From the NCBI RefSeq assembly GCF_018350175.1, contig NC_058376.1:4650001-4714000 (forward strand): a stretch of DNA of 64,000 nucleotides, given 5' to 3'. This DNA is from Felis catus. Lineage: Eukaryota. The notes below the pieces were generated by a model. The model was not told the origin of the DNA. It saw only the letters and a program-made list of their open reading frames with translations, and did no database searches. Both the position numbers and the translations under genes were made by a program. Below are positions 12,146-25,388 of this stretch, one piece after another (the first letter of the stretch is position 1; every line of letters starts with the position of its first letter).

Positions 12146-13289
12146 GGGTGGTTTTTTTTAGACAGCACATGAGTAGGGCCAATATTCCGGATGTAAGTTC
12201 TCCTTTCACTATTTCTCTTCACCCACTCTCCAAATTGTTATGTTACCCTTCAAGAACGCCAATGTGTCCAAACGAGGCTGTGAGGCACCATGACACATCA
12301 CTGACCTGCTTTCTTAACCAGGATCCCAATGTTACGACCACGATTTGGGTAGCAAATAATAACTGAAACCTCCCTCTCCGGAATAAATCAGCGGAGATCG
12401 TTTGACACTCTCCCCCAAATTCTCCCGTTGGTTTTAGATCCCAGGGAAGGTCTGGTCAGGGTCGAAGCGACCAGCACAGTCAGCCTTCCTGCCCTTCCTG
12501 TCGCTACGTCTAGTGCCTAAGGATGCTTTCATCTAACCCACACACCTCCACCCCTGCACTGCATGGTGGTCTTGTATTTCACCCCAGCCTCTAATTTTCT
12601 TCGGTTCCACCTCCCTGTTGCCCACTCTTTGGCTGCCTCACGTCTGCTTAGTTTTTTTCCTCTCCCTTGGCATGTTACCCACCAACTCTGAATCCAAAGT
12701 GCCAGGATTTGTGAGTTCCCTGGAATCCTACCCAGAAGCACCGTGGCACCCGGCCACTGCCTGCTCACGCGCTCTCCACGCGTCCGGGCGATTCCATCCC
12801 ATGCCACGTCCAGCCCTGGCCTTTTCCACACCAGCTTGGGCTACTGCTAGACGTACTCGACCCCCCGCCCCCACCCCGCTAAACCATGCGCTGTGCGGAC
12901 ACCCCATTCTAGCAAGTTGTTCATCTACAGACATTCTCGAGTTTGGGGGGATTACCCGCCCATCATCTTCCCTGTCCTCTCCTGGTTTCTCTGAACACCT
13001 GCCCCACTCTCTCAAGCTCAGCTCTGCAGAGCCACGCTGCTGACTCACCCTCAAACCAGCTCTCCAAAAGAATTCTAGGAGAAAAACACGCTCCTTGATC
13101 TCATTATTTTAGGATTTCAAGAAATAGCAATGATAGGCACGGACTTATTTCACAACGAAGATTTCTTGGAGGGAAAGAAAAACACACAGCTTACCCATGA
13201 ATCTGCTTTATTTATTTTGATCTCACTGTCAAAAACCCCGTAATTCATCCCCAAGTCCACGTATGTTTATTCTATGGTGTGAGATACCC

Positions 13290-13498
13290 TTTTTTTTAAT
13301 GTTTATTTATTTTTGAGAGAGAAAGACAGAGCGAGAGTGGGGGTGGGGCAGAGAGCGGGGGAGACACAGAATGTGAAACAGGCTCCAGGCTCCGAGCTGT
13401 CAGCACAGGGCCCGACGCGGGGCTCGAACCCACGAACTGTGAGATCATGACCGGAGCCGAAGTTGGAATCTCAACTGACTGAGCCAGCCAGGCGCCCC
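13290..13498 (-). mobile_element. CanSINE, sense to BACE2, ~277 nt downstream of the exon 8 donor
   Basis: TSD tgagatacc on both sides. Confidence 0.95.
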
Positions 13499-13544
13499 TT
13501 TGAGATACCATTTTAAATTTAACCCGAGAGACAACTATCACGAT

Positions 13545-13700
13545 CACGCTGACATTTACAAGCACTTCCCATGTGTCAAGCACAGGACTAAACGTCTTAC
13601 GTGGATTGTCTCGCTTACTCCTCTCCACAATCCTACGGTACGTCTTACTGGTAAGACCGATCAGTGACGACAGGCCCGCACCGAACAATTCAGTAGCAAC
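13545..13700 (-). mobile_element. MIR remnant
   Basis: acatttacaagcacttcccatgtgtcaagcac..ctccacaatcctac. Confidence 0.6.
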
Positions 13701-13774
13701 TGACACGCTACCAAGAATCGCTTCCAATAAAGCGCTCCGGTTAGGGTCCTCTGTCCAACGCACGCGTCGCTTAC

Positions 13775-13943
13775 CTGCACAGGGGCTTGCCGCAAAGCCC
13801 ACCCTCTTCCGAGCTCTGTCAAAGACCACGTAGAAGCCCTCCATCACGGTAGCACCGATCACCAGCGCGTTGGTGGAAGGTGAGATGCCGAATCGGTAAC
13901 ATTCGTAGTTCAGGCCAGCCCCCATCATGGGCTGGATGTAAAG
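13775..13943 (-). CDS. BACE2: BACE2 exon 8 (169 nt), LYIQPMMGAGLNYECYRFGISPSTNALVIGATVMEGFYVVFDRARKRVGFAASPCA
   Basis: Acceptor atgtag|CTT, donor GCAG|gtaagc; ORF 13296..13928. Confidence 0.97.
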
Positions 13944-14539
13944 CTACATAAGAGGACAGAGCAAACAGACAAGGAGGGGCATGAATCGGGCAGCGTCGCG
14001 GAGCTGTCGAGGTCACGCCGCGTTCGGAACGCCCGCCCCCGCCTCCCAGGTGCTGTGGGGCGATACACGGTGGGGTGGAGTGGGGAGGGGTGCGGGGGAC
14101 ATCACCCTGCCATCCAGAAGCTGAGAGCACAAGCGTGGTGATAAGCATCGTTGAAAGTGACGAAGGCTGAAAGTGACGAAGGCACGTGCTCCACCTGAAA
14201 CTCCACGGGGGCGCCACAGTGATGTCCGGCCGGCCGGCCGGCCAACCAGCCAGCTGTTATTGACAGAGCACTTGGCATGGCTTAGATACTGCCTCAGGGC
14301 CAGCACCACAGGGCTGAAGGACACCCCGTGCCTGCCCCCTTGAAGCTCCCCATCTACGGAGGAGGCAGGAGGTAAATGCGGAGTCGGGGGGAACCGCTCC
14401 GACAGGCCCCTCCACGGCAATGTCGCCCAGCGAAGTCTCCCCCTCAGACCTCTTCCTTCGCTTGGCTTCTGAGAAAGGGTTCTCTCCTCTTCCTCCCAAC
14501 TCACCGGCCGCTAATTTCTTCACTGCAAGCATCGGAGAA

Positions 14540-14990
14540 CTCCAGGGCTCTGGGCTCTCCTTCTGGCTGTCCCCCTGGGTGACCCATGTGGCCCCGTGAC
14601 CCTAAGCACACCCCTGGGCTCTATGCTGACCCCCGAATCTTGACCTCCAGGCAGATCTCTGCTGCCATAGCCACACTCTTACGTCTTCCTGCCCATTCGC
14701 CACTCAACCGGCATCTCAAGTCGAATATTAAAAAAACTGAACTGGGAACATTTCCCCCAAATGTGCCTTTTGTTTGAGGTCTTCTGTCTCAGTAAATCCG
14801 TGATTCACCCAGTTACTCAGGCCCTGCAACACCGGGCCAGGATCTCTTTCCCTACACAGCAGGCCTTCCGCTGAAATGGAATCCGAATGCAATCATCACT
14901 CCCATCCCCATGGCTACCGCCCAGTCTGGACCATCGGCATCATCTTCTCTCCCGAGCAACAGCAAAGGCTCCTCACTGGCCTAGGACACT
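14540..14990 (+). mobile_element. L2 remnant
   Basis: ctctatgctgac..ggcatctcaa..tctcagtaaat..cacccagttactcag. Confidence 0.6.
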
Positions 14991-17689
14991 GTCCTTGTCA
15001 TCCTCTGCCAAAGGGAGCTTCCAAGGAGGCAGCAAGGCAGAAGCAGGAGGATCTATTCCCTCAAAGAGAGAGAAGCCGTCAGAGTCAGAGAGAAGATCTA
15101 GCACACCTCGTGGAAGAAGGGTCTGTCCTGGCTGAGGGCCATTTCTTGCAGGGGCTGTGAAGTTCAATAAACACAAACATGGCCCTTGAGGTCCTTGGGG
15201 GGAGGGGGAGCAGGGCACGGAGGGGTGGGGCACGAGTTCCAGAGGAAATGAGTCAAAACTTAAAACAATCAGAGAGCAAATCATCCTTGCATCAGTAAGA
15301 AGGCTGCCTTTGTTCTTTTAACAGCAAAGTATTCAAATGCAGGCAACCGAGAGAATACAGTGGCTTAGTAACACAAAATACCAAACATTTGGAAAATAAA
15401 GCGTGAGATTACAACAGGAGTAGGAAGAAGGACCTTCTTGTGAGTACTGAGCGGCCCTAAAGGGCAAAAGCACGAGGGAAGATTTGGAGGGAAAGGTCTC
15501 GAGCCCTGGGCTTTGTTGCCAGAAGGAGTGTGTGTGTGTGTGTGGGGGGGGGGTATTTTCAGAGGGTGCAGCAGGGAGGGGCTGTCCCAAGGAAGGAATG
15601 GTTTGCCTCCCGGCTGCACCCCGACAGCAGGAGGCAGGACAGAGCACCAGCCACAAGGGGCGACGACACGAGAGTAGGAAAGGAAACCAGAGAGTCTCTG
15701 ATCCAACGGACCCCTGAGGAAGAGGAACATCACTGCCCCGGTCAGTGCAGAGAAGGCGAGAGGGAGGGCGGCTGCAAGGCAGGGAGGCGAGCAAGGACAT
15801 CGCCTGCAGCGGCTGCTGCGTCCAGGGAACAGCCTTGCCCTTAGAACCCTGCCCGACTGGTCTGTCCGTCTCCAAGCCCTCCTTCAAGACAAGGACACAT
15901 TCATTCTGTTCCTCACTGTATCCTGGTGCCTAGGCTTCTAGGGTACGACAGGCACACAGGAGGACCTCAGGAGGTGTGCGCTACGTTGAGTGAGAGGGGC
16001 TAAGCCTCATCGGCACCAAATGAAAAGCACGACTTCCCCGGATCAACTTAAATTAGGCAAAGGCAGGGGACAGATACACTTACCTGCCGTCAAAGCACCT
16101 TCACCTAAGGTTCTGTAAGCAAGCCCTAGGAAAGTACACGAACACGTGCACACACACTCCCCCAACTGATTCTATAATAAAACCCAATCAATCATCACGC
16201 TGTCCTGTAACAGACGCTACCGATACAAAAACACGCAGACTGAATCTGGGATCTTTTACTCTTCCTGCGTGTCTCCCGGACGACTTCCAGTAAAGGTTCC
16301 AGACTGTAGATGCTGGAACATGCTAGGAGAGCTGCAGTATTGCTAGATCTCAGAATAAACTGTCTGCCTCACGCGAAAATAGCACCCATAGACCGATCAG
16401 GGGTAGACTGGCATTATTTACATTTTTAGGGTTCTGGGGAAAAGAAATCCAGAATTCGCCTGTGGGCTGGGGTTGGGGGCCGCTTTTGAAAACTGGCCAA
16501 AACAGATTCAGCCCATGTGCTTTTGGAAAAGAGCGCCGGAGACGGACAAAATTTCAGAGATGCCTCTGACACAACGCTTTCCTGCACTAGCCAGCATATG
16601 CCCCTCCAGTACTGCTGTTACCGGAGGTCCTAGGCAGGGGCCCCCCCATTCTAAAACTTTGGGGACAAGGAGCCCTGATGGCTGCCCTAAATGTTAGGAA
16701 GTGGGGCGCAGGAGTATTAGGAGATGCTGCCCCCCCCACCCCCAGCGCTGACCCTGAGGGGTGTGTCAGTGGCACCCGGAGCTTGTGAGATTCTCAGCAG
16801 GCGACAGTTCACAACTGCCCATCCAACCGCCTGCTGTGGACATAACAGATTTTCCGCCGAATGCCTGTTTTCTTTGTTTCTTAGGAGTCCCTGATGCTGG
16901 CAGCCAAACCCATGCCATTAATTTACCATTACGTGCTCACCTTTGTCCTGAAGCTAGGATTCAACTTTAGTTACGAACCACGCTGATGAAATGATGCCTA
17001 CCTCTCGAGGTGTGCCCAAAATGCAATCACGGCGCGCAATTATTTTAAAGACACAGAAAACACAGCACCGTATGCAGCGAGAATGTCTCTGGCAAGTATC
17101 GTGAATCTTCTTTTATAGTTAAAGGGACAGACGGAGAAAGGGCGAGGCGATCTGCTCAAAGTTACAGTGTGAGTCAGGGGCAGAGCTGAGAACGTAACCG
17201 AAGCCTCGGGCTCCGGCTGCGTGCATCCTCTGTGAAGTCTTCTCCCGAGGCTTCTGGGCCCTTCCCCTGTAACCCTCCATTCCTGGAAGGCACGTCCCCC
17301 CTCCCCCCATATACAGTCGAGAAGGAAAAAGGCAATATTATCACTTCCTTCTTTCCTCTGAAATGACTCCTCCTGCCTTACCCCCCCCCCATCCCATCCT
17401 TTATCCCCAATTCACCAAGTCACAACAAAGGCACACTCATCCGGTCTGTTCAAAAAACAGTTACTACCCACTAGCCTCCCCGGCCCAGTCATTCCTGGGA
17501 AGGAACAAGGTCTTCAGTCTCCTGGTTCTTATCTTCGAGGAATTAATATAGCTGAGGGAGAACTGTAAGGGTGCGTGCGTGTGCTTTTAAAGAAAACAGA
17601 AGTCGAATGAAAAAGGCGGCAGCATAAAACACACCCTACAGACACGACTGCATGCCTGATGAGACGACTAAACAACATGCATTATGAGT

Positions 17690-17960
17690 CTGAAGGGCAG
17701 CCTCACAACGGGTTATTCTGCTCAGCGGAGGGTCAACAAAAGAGGGTTTGTCTGAGTTGGATCTTGAAGGATGGGAAGAATCTGGATATGCAGAGGGAGT
17801 GGGGAGGAGAGGGCATTTCAGGCAGGGGCAAAGGTTAAGCGATCGGAGTGAGCACAGAGCCCTAGAGGACGGTGACCGGTGAGTGGTGGGTCAAGGGCGT
17901 ATCAGGGCGCAGGCTGGAGGGCGAGGAAGGGTCCAGCGAGGCCCAGAAAGCCACCGGGAA
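17690..17960 (-). mobile_element. L2 remnant
   Basis: gagttggatcttgaaggatggg..gggcatttcaggcaggg. Confidence 0.6.
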
Positions 17961-18191
17961 TGAGGACGTCAGTACGCACGGAGCGGGGACCCACTGATGG
18001 CTCACGGCAGGCAGAGCAGGCTCAGAGCAGCCACATAGAAGATTAGGTGGCAACGTTTTTAGGAGAGAAAGAAGGGGGCTGGGGTACATGGAGGGCACTT
18101 GGGAGGTTCCCGAAGGGGGACCAGAGCGAGAGCCAGAGCGAGATGGAGTGGGGTACAAAATGCTGTTCGATTAGAAGCTTAGGAAGAGGAG

Positions 18192-18430
18192 GTGGCGCCT
18201 GGGGGGCTCAGTCGGTTGAGCGTCCGACTTCGGCTCCGGTCATGATCTCACGGTTCGTGAGTTTGAGCCCCACGACGGGCTCTGTGCTGACAGCTCGGAG
18301 CCCGGAGCCTGCTTCGGATTCTGTGTCTCCCTCTCTCTCTGCCCCTCCCAAGCTCATGCTCGGTCTCTCTCGGTCTCTCAATAATAAACATTACAAAAAT
18401 TAAAAATAAAGTAAAAAAAAAAAAAAAACC
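18192..18430 (+). mobile_element. CanSINE
   Basis: Head, (CT)n, A tail. Confidence 0.93.
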
Positions 18431-18964
18431 ACCAAAAACCAAAACACGTACTGGTGCTTTGGTGGATACTGCAAAAATGTCCTCAATTCCCGACCTTCTC
18501 TTGTTGCCAGGCCCTTGCGATGGCACTGCGCAGCCCCTCCCGTTGGGAGGTGGGCACACTTCCCCCGCCCGGGCCCCCAGGGGCAGCAGTGCCGGGGAGG
18601 TGATGGCCAGCTGTGCGCCTGCTCCGGGGGCTCCTGCGCGTCTCCCCTCTCTCTCTGAGCCCCGCCACCCCCGTGCGTCAGCCACTGGACGGTGGGAGCC
18701 ACTAGACTCGTGAGCGAGGCCACCCCAGACCACCCAAGCGAGGCCCGGCCAAGCACGCCAGCGAGCCTGCGGAGACCAGGCAACCCGCCCAGACTCACGC
18801 TCGCGGACGGGGCTGCTGGCTTTTGCGGTCACCTGTCACACGGCATCACCGTGGCGATCGACACCCCACACAGACGTGCTATCTGTACCGGCACGTCCCG
18901 CACCAAGTGCCTGACTTCCGCACGGGACGCACCCGGAGAGAAAAGCACACGGGCCGGTTCGTAC

Positions 18965-19114
18965 CTGAGGCAGGATGGTTAGGCGGAACGATCGGCTGGA
19001 GTTCTCGTCTCTCAGGTAGATGGAGATTTTAGGGAAGTAAGACCAAGGCGTCTCAGAATTCGTCCAGCAAGCCAGCTGGGACCCAGTCCAGAAACCATCA
19101 GAGAATTCTGGAAT
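18965..19114 (-). CDS. BACE2: BACE2 exon 7 (150 nt), IPEFSDGFWTGSQLACWTNSETPWSYFPKISIYLRDENSSRSFRLTILPQ
   Basis: Acceptor gtccag|ATT, donor CAG|gtacga; ORF 18836..19222. Confidence 0.97.
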
Positions 19115-20207
19115 CTGGACAGAAAGAGAGCACGTGAGAAACCGTGACTCGTCTGGCGCGTCAAGAGGAAACCGCTCCCAGCTCTCCTCATCCCCTCGCC
19201 AGATGCCCGTGGCGGTAAACAACGTTTCCTCGGGACGGCCTGGCCGAGACAGCAGTCTTCTGGAAGGCGAGCGGTGATGACGAATCCCCAGCTATTAAGA
19301 TCCCCCAGGCACACGGAGTCCTTACTGGTATCAGGCGCTGTTCCGAGCCCCCTGCAGCAGTAATTCCTTGAATTCTCAAAAAACCCCACCAGCACAGTAT
19401 CACCCCACCCCACCCCCCAGCACTTTATGGGCGGGGAAACCGGAGCACAGGTGAAGGAACGCCAACGACCCTTTAGGAGAGAGAACCTTCCGAGCCTTTC
19501 GGGCATCGCCTCTCCTTTGAACTCCAAGCGCGGAACTCATCCCGGTGCGCAGCCCTGTGGGGGGCTCTCTGCTCTCCGGCGATATCGTTCTGCTCCTCCA
19601 GACATCAGCTCAGACGCCCTCCTGTCCAGGAAACCCTCCCCACCGTGCTGCTACCCCGTCATGCAGCTCTCCCCCTCGCTCTCTCTTCCTGCGGTGGTTA
19701 GAATTTGACATTTGTTGGTGGAACTGCCGAATTTCTGTTTCCTGCACCACAGTCTGAGTCCTTCAAGGACAGAGGCCTGCTGTCTGTCCCACCTGGCAGT
19801 TCTAACCCCGGGCCCCCAGGAGAGACTCAGGAAGCATCTGCGGGAAAAGCGAACAGCCAAGGCCACACAGCGTCCACCTGGGCCTCCCGCCCTGGGTCTG
19901 GATGGACAACGCCACCGGCACATGCCCACCAGTTGCCGAGTCCACAAGTCCAACGCAACTAACTCCCATCAGCTCACCAGGGCGAGCGTAGGTTCCGGAG
20001 GGCATCTTCCCGCACCTGCCGGCTCGAAGAGGGAAGAACCGTGCCGGGTGTGCCTCTTCGAAAACGGCCGGCAGAGCGAGGGCCCAGCTCAGGTCAGAAC
20101 GAGAGAAGTGTGCGGCAGGAAGAGCTCTAGGAGTGTATGTGACAGGAACAGATCTAGGAGAGCCTGGGACAGGGGCACAGCTGGGACTGAGTGTGATGGA
20201 GCAAAGG

Positions 20208-20363
20208 CAGGAGGGCATGGGAGGGGGCGAAGCCAGGAGGGCAAGGGAGGGGGCGGGGCCAGGAGGGCAAGGGAGGGGGCGGGGCCAGGAGGGCAAGGGA
20301 GGGGGCGGGGCCAGGAGGGCATGGGAGGGGGCGGGGCCACGAGGGCATGGGAGGGGGCTCAGC
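20208..20363 (+). repeat. 26-bp G-rich minisatellite, ~6 copies
   Basis: Unit caggagggca(a/t)gggagggggcggggc. Confidence 0.93.
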
Positions 20364-21778
20364 TAGGAGAGCACCCACTTGGAGTAACAGGTGACTGTCA
20401 CTGGGGAGACAGTGGAGAGAGAGCATCTCCAAGAAGCTGAGCTGAGCTAAGGGCGGGGGTGGGGGGCCAGCACGAGATGTGTCTGAGGGAGGACGGGAGA
20501 TGCGTCTGAGGGAGGACGGACGGGCAGAGAAACTGCCTCAATGGGTAAAACCGAGGTCAGCAGTGGAGGCTGGTGGGGCGGATCGGAAGGAACAGAGGGG
20601 AGACACAGGAAATGATAGCGCCCTGGCATCTTCACCAGAGACCATTAAGAGAGATCTGAGCTGTGTGGCAAGCCAGTAAGGTGTCCAAGTGGGATGTGCA
20701 CAGGCCACTGGTTCTTGCGTCTCAACTCCAGGGGGCGGGCCTGGCTAGAGTCACCGATGGGTGGTGATGTGGCGTCGATGGAATCCCTCCGAGAGAACAC
20801 AGGGAGAAGGGAAGGGCCTAGGACCCACCCTGGATCAGGCTGGCAAAGGAGACCCCATGAAGAGGGTGCAGGGACCACAAGTCCAGGAGGAGGGTGTTAT
20901 GGAAGCAGAGAGGAGGTAAGACAGGTAAGCAGGGATGGTGTGCAGGCCAATCGGGGCAAGAACTGAGAAAACTGGGTGTTGCTGCACAAACCCTGAGTGC
21001 CGTGTACTACAGGACCACACCCGGCAGGTGCAAGCCCCCCTCCACCCCGTCCTGGGCCACACAGTGGGGAGAAAATGCCCCAAAGTTTTTCGTCCTCCCA
21101 CGGAACATCCATCATGAAACTTAGTGACTGATCTGTAAAATTTCTAATGTTGGCGTTAATATATTTTCACCTTTTATAAAAGTTAAGTCGAGTTGAACTG
21201 TGTATCAGAGGGCAGAATCCCCTGCTAGAGGAGCTGAGAAGGGTGGGGCTGTCATCTGCTGGACCCAGGGATGAGCTAAGACAAGGGCGGCCGGGCCTGC
21301 ACCCGGGGAAGGGGGCCCCACATCAGTGCTGGGAGCGACACCGATGTGCAGACGGAGGGATCAGGCCCAGGGGGGTGCCCAGTAACTCACCGAAGGGGTA
21401 TAGCTCTGAATCGGATGGGGGACCATCTACCTCCAAAGAGGTGTCTGTGAGTCCAAGGGCCTCCCGGAAGGCTAAGCTACGTGTCCTCGGGGGACAGTTT
21501 TGACCCTCAGATCACAGAGTTTGGGGTCAGAAGTCATCCAAAAGCAGGTGTCGTCCCGCTTCTGGATTTTACAGATGGGGAAGCGCTGGGCAGAACACAA
21601 GGGCACTTCACCTAGGGGGACGGGGAGCCCCGGTCTCTGCCATACACAGAACTCCCCATGAGGCTCCTCTCAAATTACAGACCTATAAACCACGCATTCC
21701 TAAAATCCCAGCTGAACAATCCAGGCCACGAGCCCGACATCTGCACTGCGTCTAACTCCCCAAAGCCGGCCATTTCCC

Positions 21779-21970
21779 GGGGCGCTTGGGTGGCTCAGTC
21801 GGGTAAGCGTCCGACTTCAGCTGAGGTCATGATCTCGCGGTTCGTGGGTTTGAGCCCCACGTCGGGCTCTGCGCCGATGGCGTGGAGCCTGCTTGGGCTT
21901 CTCTCTCTCTGCCCACTTGTTGCGCACGCTCTCTGTCTCAAAAATAAATAAACTTAAAAAAAAAAAAAGA
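21779..21970 (+). mobile_element. CanSINE
   Basis: Head and A tail. Confidence 0.92.
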
Positions 21971-23627
21971 AGTCAGCCATCCCCTTAACTGGAAAGAAAC
22001 CCTACGCCACGACAAGCGAGAACACTGGCCATCGGTGGTCCACGTGCGCTGACCCAGGGACCCCGTCTGCCCTCCCTGGACTTTCTCGGCCCAAGACAGA
22101 GAGCCTGCCCGGGTCCTCCCCTCCCTGACACAGGCTCTGAGGTCACAGGGTAATTTCAGACAAGGCAAACACGTTCTGTAATCTCATTCCTTCTACCTCC
22201 TGATTTTCTCACAAAGTCCGTCGCCGCCGAACGGGGGCTGTGACGCCGTCTGGGGTCCCCGCGCCTGGCAGGCGTGGCCCGCTCTCTCCCCGCGGGGCTC
22301 ACACAGGGGCTGGGGTCGTGGGCCCCGCACAGGCCGGGGCTGGCCACAGGCTGGCTGGGGTCACACGTACCCACGCGTCGAGCATTTCTGCAGGATAAGC
22401 CCGAACACATTTACGGCCCAGAATACTCCGTCTGAAGAGGCTCATGTCAGGTCTGCTGAGGACATTTTCACTACTGAAGAAAATCAGCATATGGCTCCTT
22501 ATTTTAAGCATGGTCTGATTTGCAGCCAGCGTTCTGAATTTAGGGCACTAAAAACTTTACTTGCCACTTTTTTCTGATTCAGCAGATACGAGACAAGAGA
22601 GGAGGCTTTACTCTGGCTTTTGACCGCTGCTGCCTGGAAATCCTCTCAAGCTCAAAAAGGGCCTCGGCCCTGCGTCTGTTTCACGGCCCCTCTTCGTCCT
22701 CTCGGATCACCTGCCGCTCTTCCCATGACGGTCTCGGACTCTTGAAGTCTGGTTCAGGACAACCAAGAGCCCCGTGCTCCTCCCCATGCTTCTGCGAGAA
22801 GCCGTCACAAAGCAGCTGCTACGCATGTTCCGGTCGGGCCGGCATTCGTTCAGGAGAAAGACTCTGGGTGGGAGACGCGCGCTTTTGGTGACCTTGCAAG
22901 CGTGGCCCCGTGCAGACAGAGGCTTATGAAAACCCCCAAGAAGCTGAGGGAAACGTCTGGCACGCGTCTGAACAAGGAGCAGCAGCGGCACCGTGGTTTG
23001 AACATGAAACAGAGGCTTCCTCTCCCCGGGCATCACCGTGTGGGGGCTTTCTACCTCGGCCCTCACGACAGCCCGGCGACGAGGGCATGGAGACTCCGAG
23101 GGCTCGAATCCCACCCCGGGCACCTAGCTACGTTCAAGCGCGTCAGACCCCTGAAGCTGTGCTCTTCCCCGGTCAATGCCTTTGGTCCATCCCGTTGCCC
23201 CGAACCAACTGGAAAGTTGGAGCCATACTGGAACACCCGTCAGCCAGTTCTCCAAAATGCATGCCGCCCTTGGCCGTGGTTTTAATCATGATTACGTGGG
23301 CCTGATTTTGATTGACCTTCGTCTTCTGTGAATCACATTCTTTTATAGAAGTAAGGAATTAAAATTCCAGCACAGCTTGGATGAAGGCCAAAAAAAAAAA
23401 AAAAAAAAGAGTACAATTTTTGGTTTATTTGTTTTGTTTTACAGGCTGCAAATATATCCTTGGTCTACAATGTACTTTAATATAGAGTATTACCAAGTGG
23501 ATTTTTTTTTCTTAGATTAAAAAAAAAAGTCCTACGCCCACTACACTATTGTTTGAAACACTAAACAGCATTGCACCTTCAAATCCAAGTCCTCTGAGGT
23601 TAAAGTGAAGAAATTCTTTGCTGGTTA

Positions 23628-23888
<261 letters not shown>

Positions 23889-25235
23889 CTAGAACAGAGG
23901 AGAGTTGGCGGGGAAAAGGCACAGACATGAAACTCCATAATCGATGCGTGGCTGCAGCCTGCTATTGCTGTCATTGCTACATACGCATTCAGGCAGCCGT
24001 GGTCCCTCACTGGTGGCTAAATTCCTTTCCTATTCTTGGAACTTGGACACTAGCCCAAATGCTCACTTCCCAGATAAGGAAACTGAGGCCAGGAAAAGGA
24101 AGTGCCGTGACCGCCGTCCACAGCTCTCTCCATGCAGAAATTCCTCCATTTGGGGGCGCTCAAATGTCCTTGGAGGAGCCCCCGAGGGCAAAGACCCACT
24201 TGTCTTTCCAGACGGGCGCGACACGTTAATTACCACGTATACAAATCATACAAAGTCAAGTGTTAGCCCACAAATGGAGAAAGAGAAGGACAGAGAGTCT
24301 TTCTTTAACAGACACCCGCTACCTGCATTTGATGGAAGCACAGCCACGTTCAGGAAAAGGATCTCACACCCACACGTGGAATTTGTATTTTATTGTAGGC
24401 CCTCCCATTTGGCAGATAAGGGTCTCTGACGACAAACCCGGCTTTGGGGCCTATCGCAGTGCAAGGGAGCACCGCTTTATCGAGCTCTGACGGGTGTGCG
24501 TTTGGGAACTGGTGGCAGAAGGCACGGACCGTAAGGAAGCGATGGCAGGTGGGGATTTAATGAAATGCTGTGGTTTTTATAAACCATCCTGAAAGCTCGT
24601 TTGGGTTTGTATTTTTCATCCTGAACATTCTACAAACCAGGCCGACCTCGTCACGTTGTCCTCCTCATAATGCCATCGTGGCCACAAAGGAGCCAAACGC
24701 AGACAGGGCGTGAATACGGCTCACACGTGGCTTGGTGCCCCAGCTCTACACGTGTGCCTCCCGCGAGGACAGGCGAGGTGCGCCCCCTCGAGTGACAGCT
24801 GAGTGATGGGGAGGGCGCGGGGGGGGGGGGGCGAATGGAGGATTAAGCTGATGATCTGAGTTTCATTTTGCTTATTTCTAGCCCCCCCCCCGCCCCCCCC
24901 GCCGCCTTTCCCGGTCGCACTGACGAAACCTGTTCATTCCATTCTCTTCAACACAGTCCAGTCACCATCAGGCCCAGACGAACAGTGAAAGACGTGGCCC
25001 TTGGGACAGTCCTCCGCACACACCATTTTATGCTAATTTTCCCCTGCGAAGCCAAGTGACTGGAAGGAAACAAATTTTCTGGAAGGAGGAGTTCATTATC
25101 ATACAAAAAAGGCCCTGTAACTTTTAATGTAATGAATCTATGATTTATCTTGTAACGTAACGGACCTTCTATTTTTCTATTCGGGTCCCAGCGGTAGTAT
25201 TTAAGCGACCCAGCCACACAAGGGCAGACACAAAG

Positions 25236-25367
25236 NNNNNNNNNNNNNNNNNNNNNNNNNNNNNNNNNNNNNNNNNNNNNNNNNNNNNNNNNNNNNNNNN
25301 NNNNNNNNNNNNNNNNNNNNNNNNNNNNNNNNNNNNNNNNNNNNNNNNNNNNNNNNNNNNNNNNNNN
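25236..25367. other. Assembly gap covering most of BACE2 exon 5
   Basis: N run. Confidence 0.99.
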
Positions 25368-25388
25368 TGGTTCAATTCCACCCAGGAC
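25254..25388 (-). CDS. BACE2: BACE2 exon 5, only VLGGIEP visible; remainder in N gap, 3' end inferred from orthologous 135-nt length
   Basis: Acceptor ttctcag|GTC CTG GGT GGA ATT GAA CCA, then Ns at 25236-25367. Confidence 0.85.

Noticed and set aside
19705-20440. 242-aa and Pro-rich ORFs
   Set aside because: Kept open by GC richness and the 26-bp minisatellite
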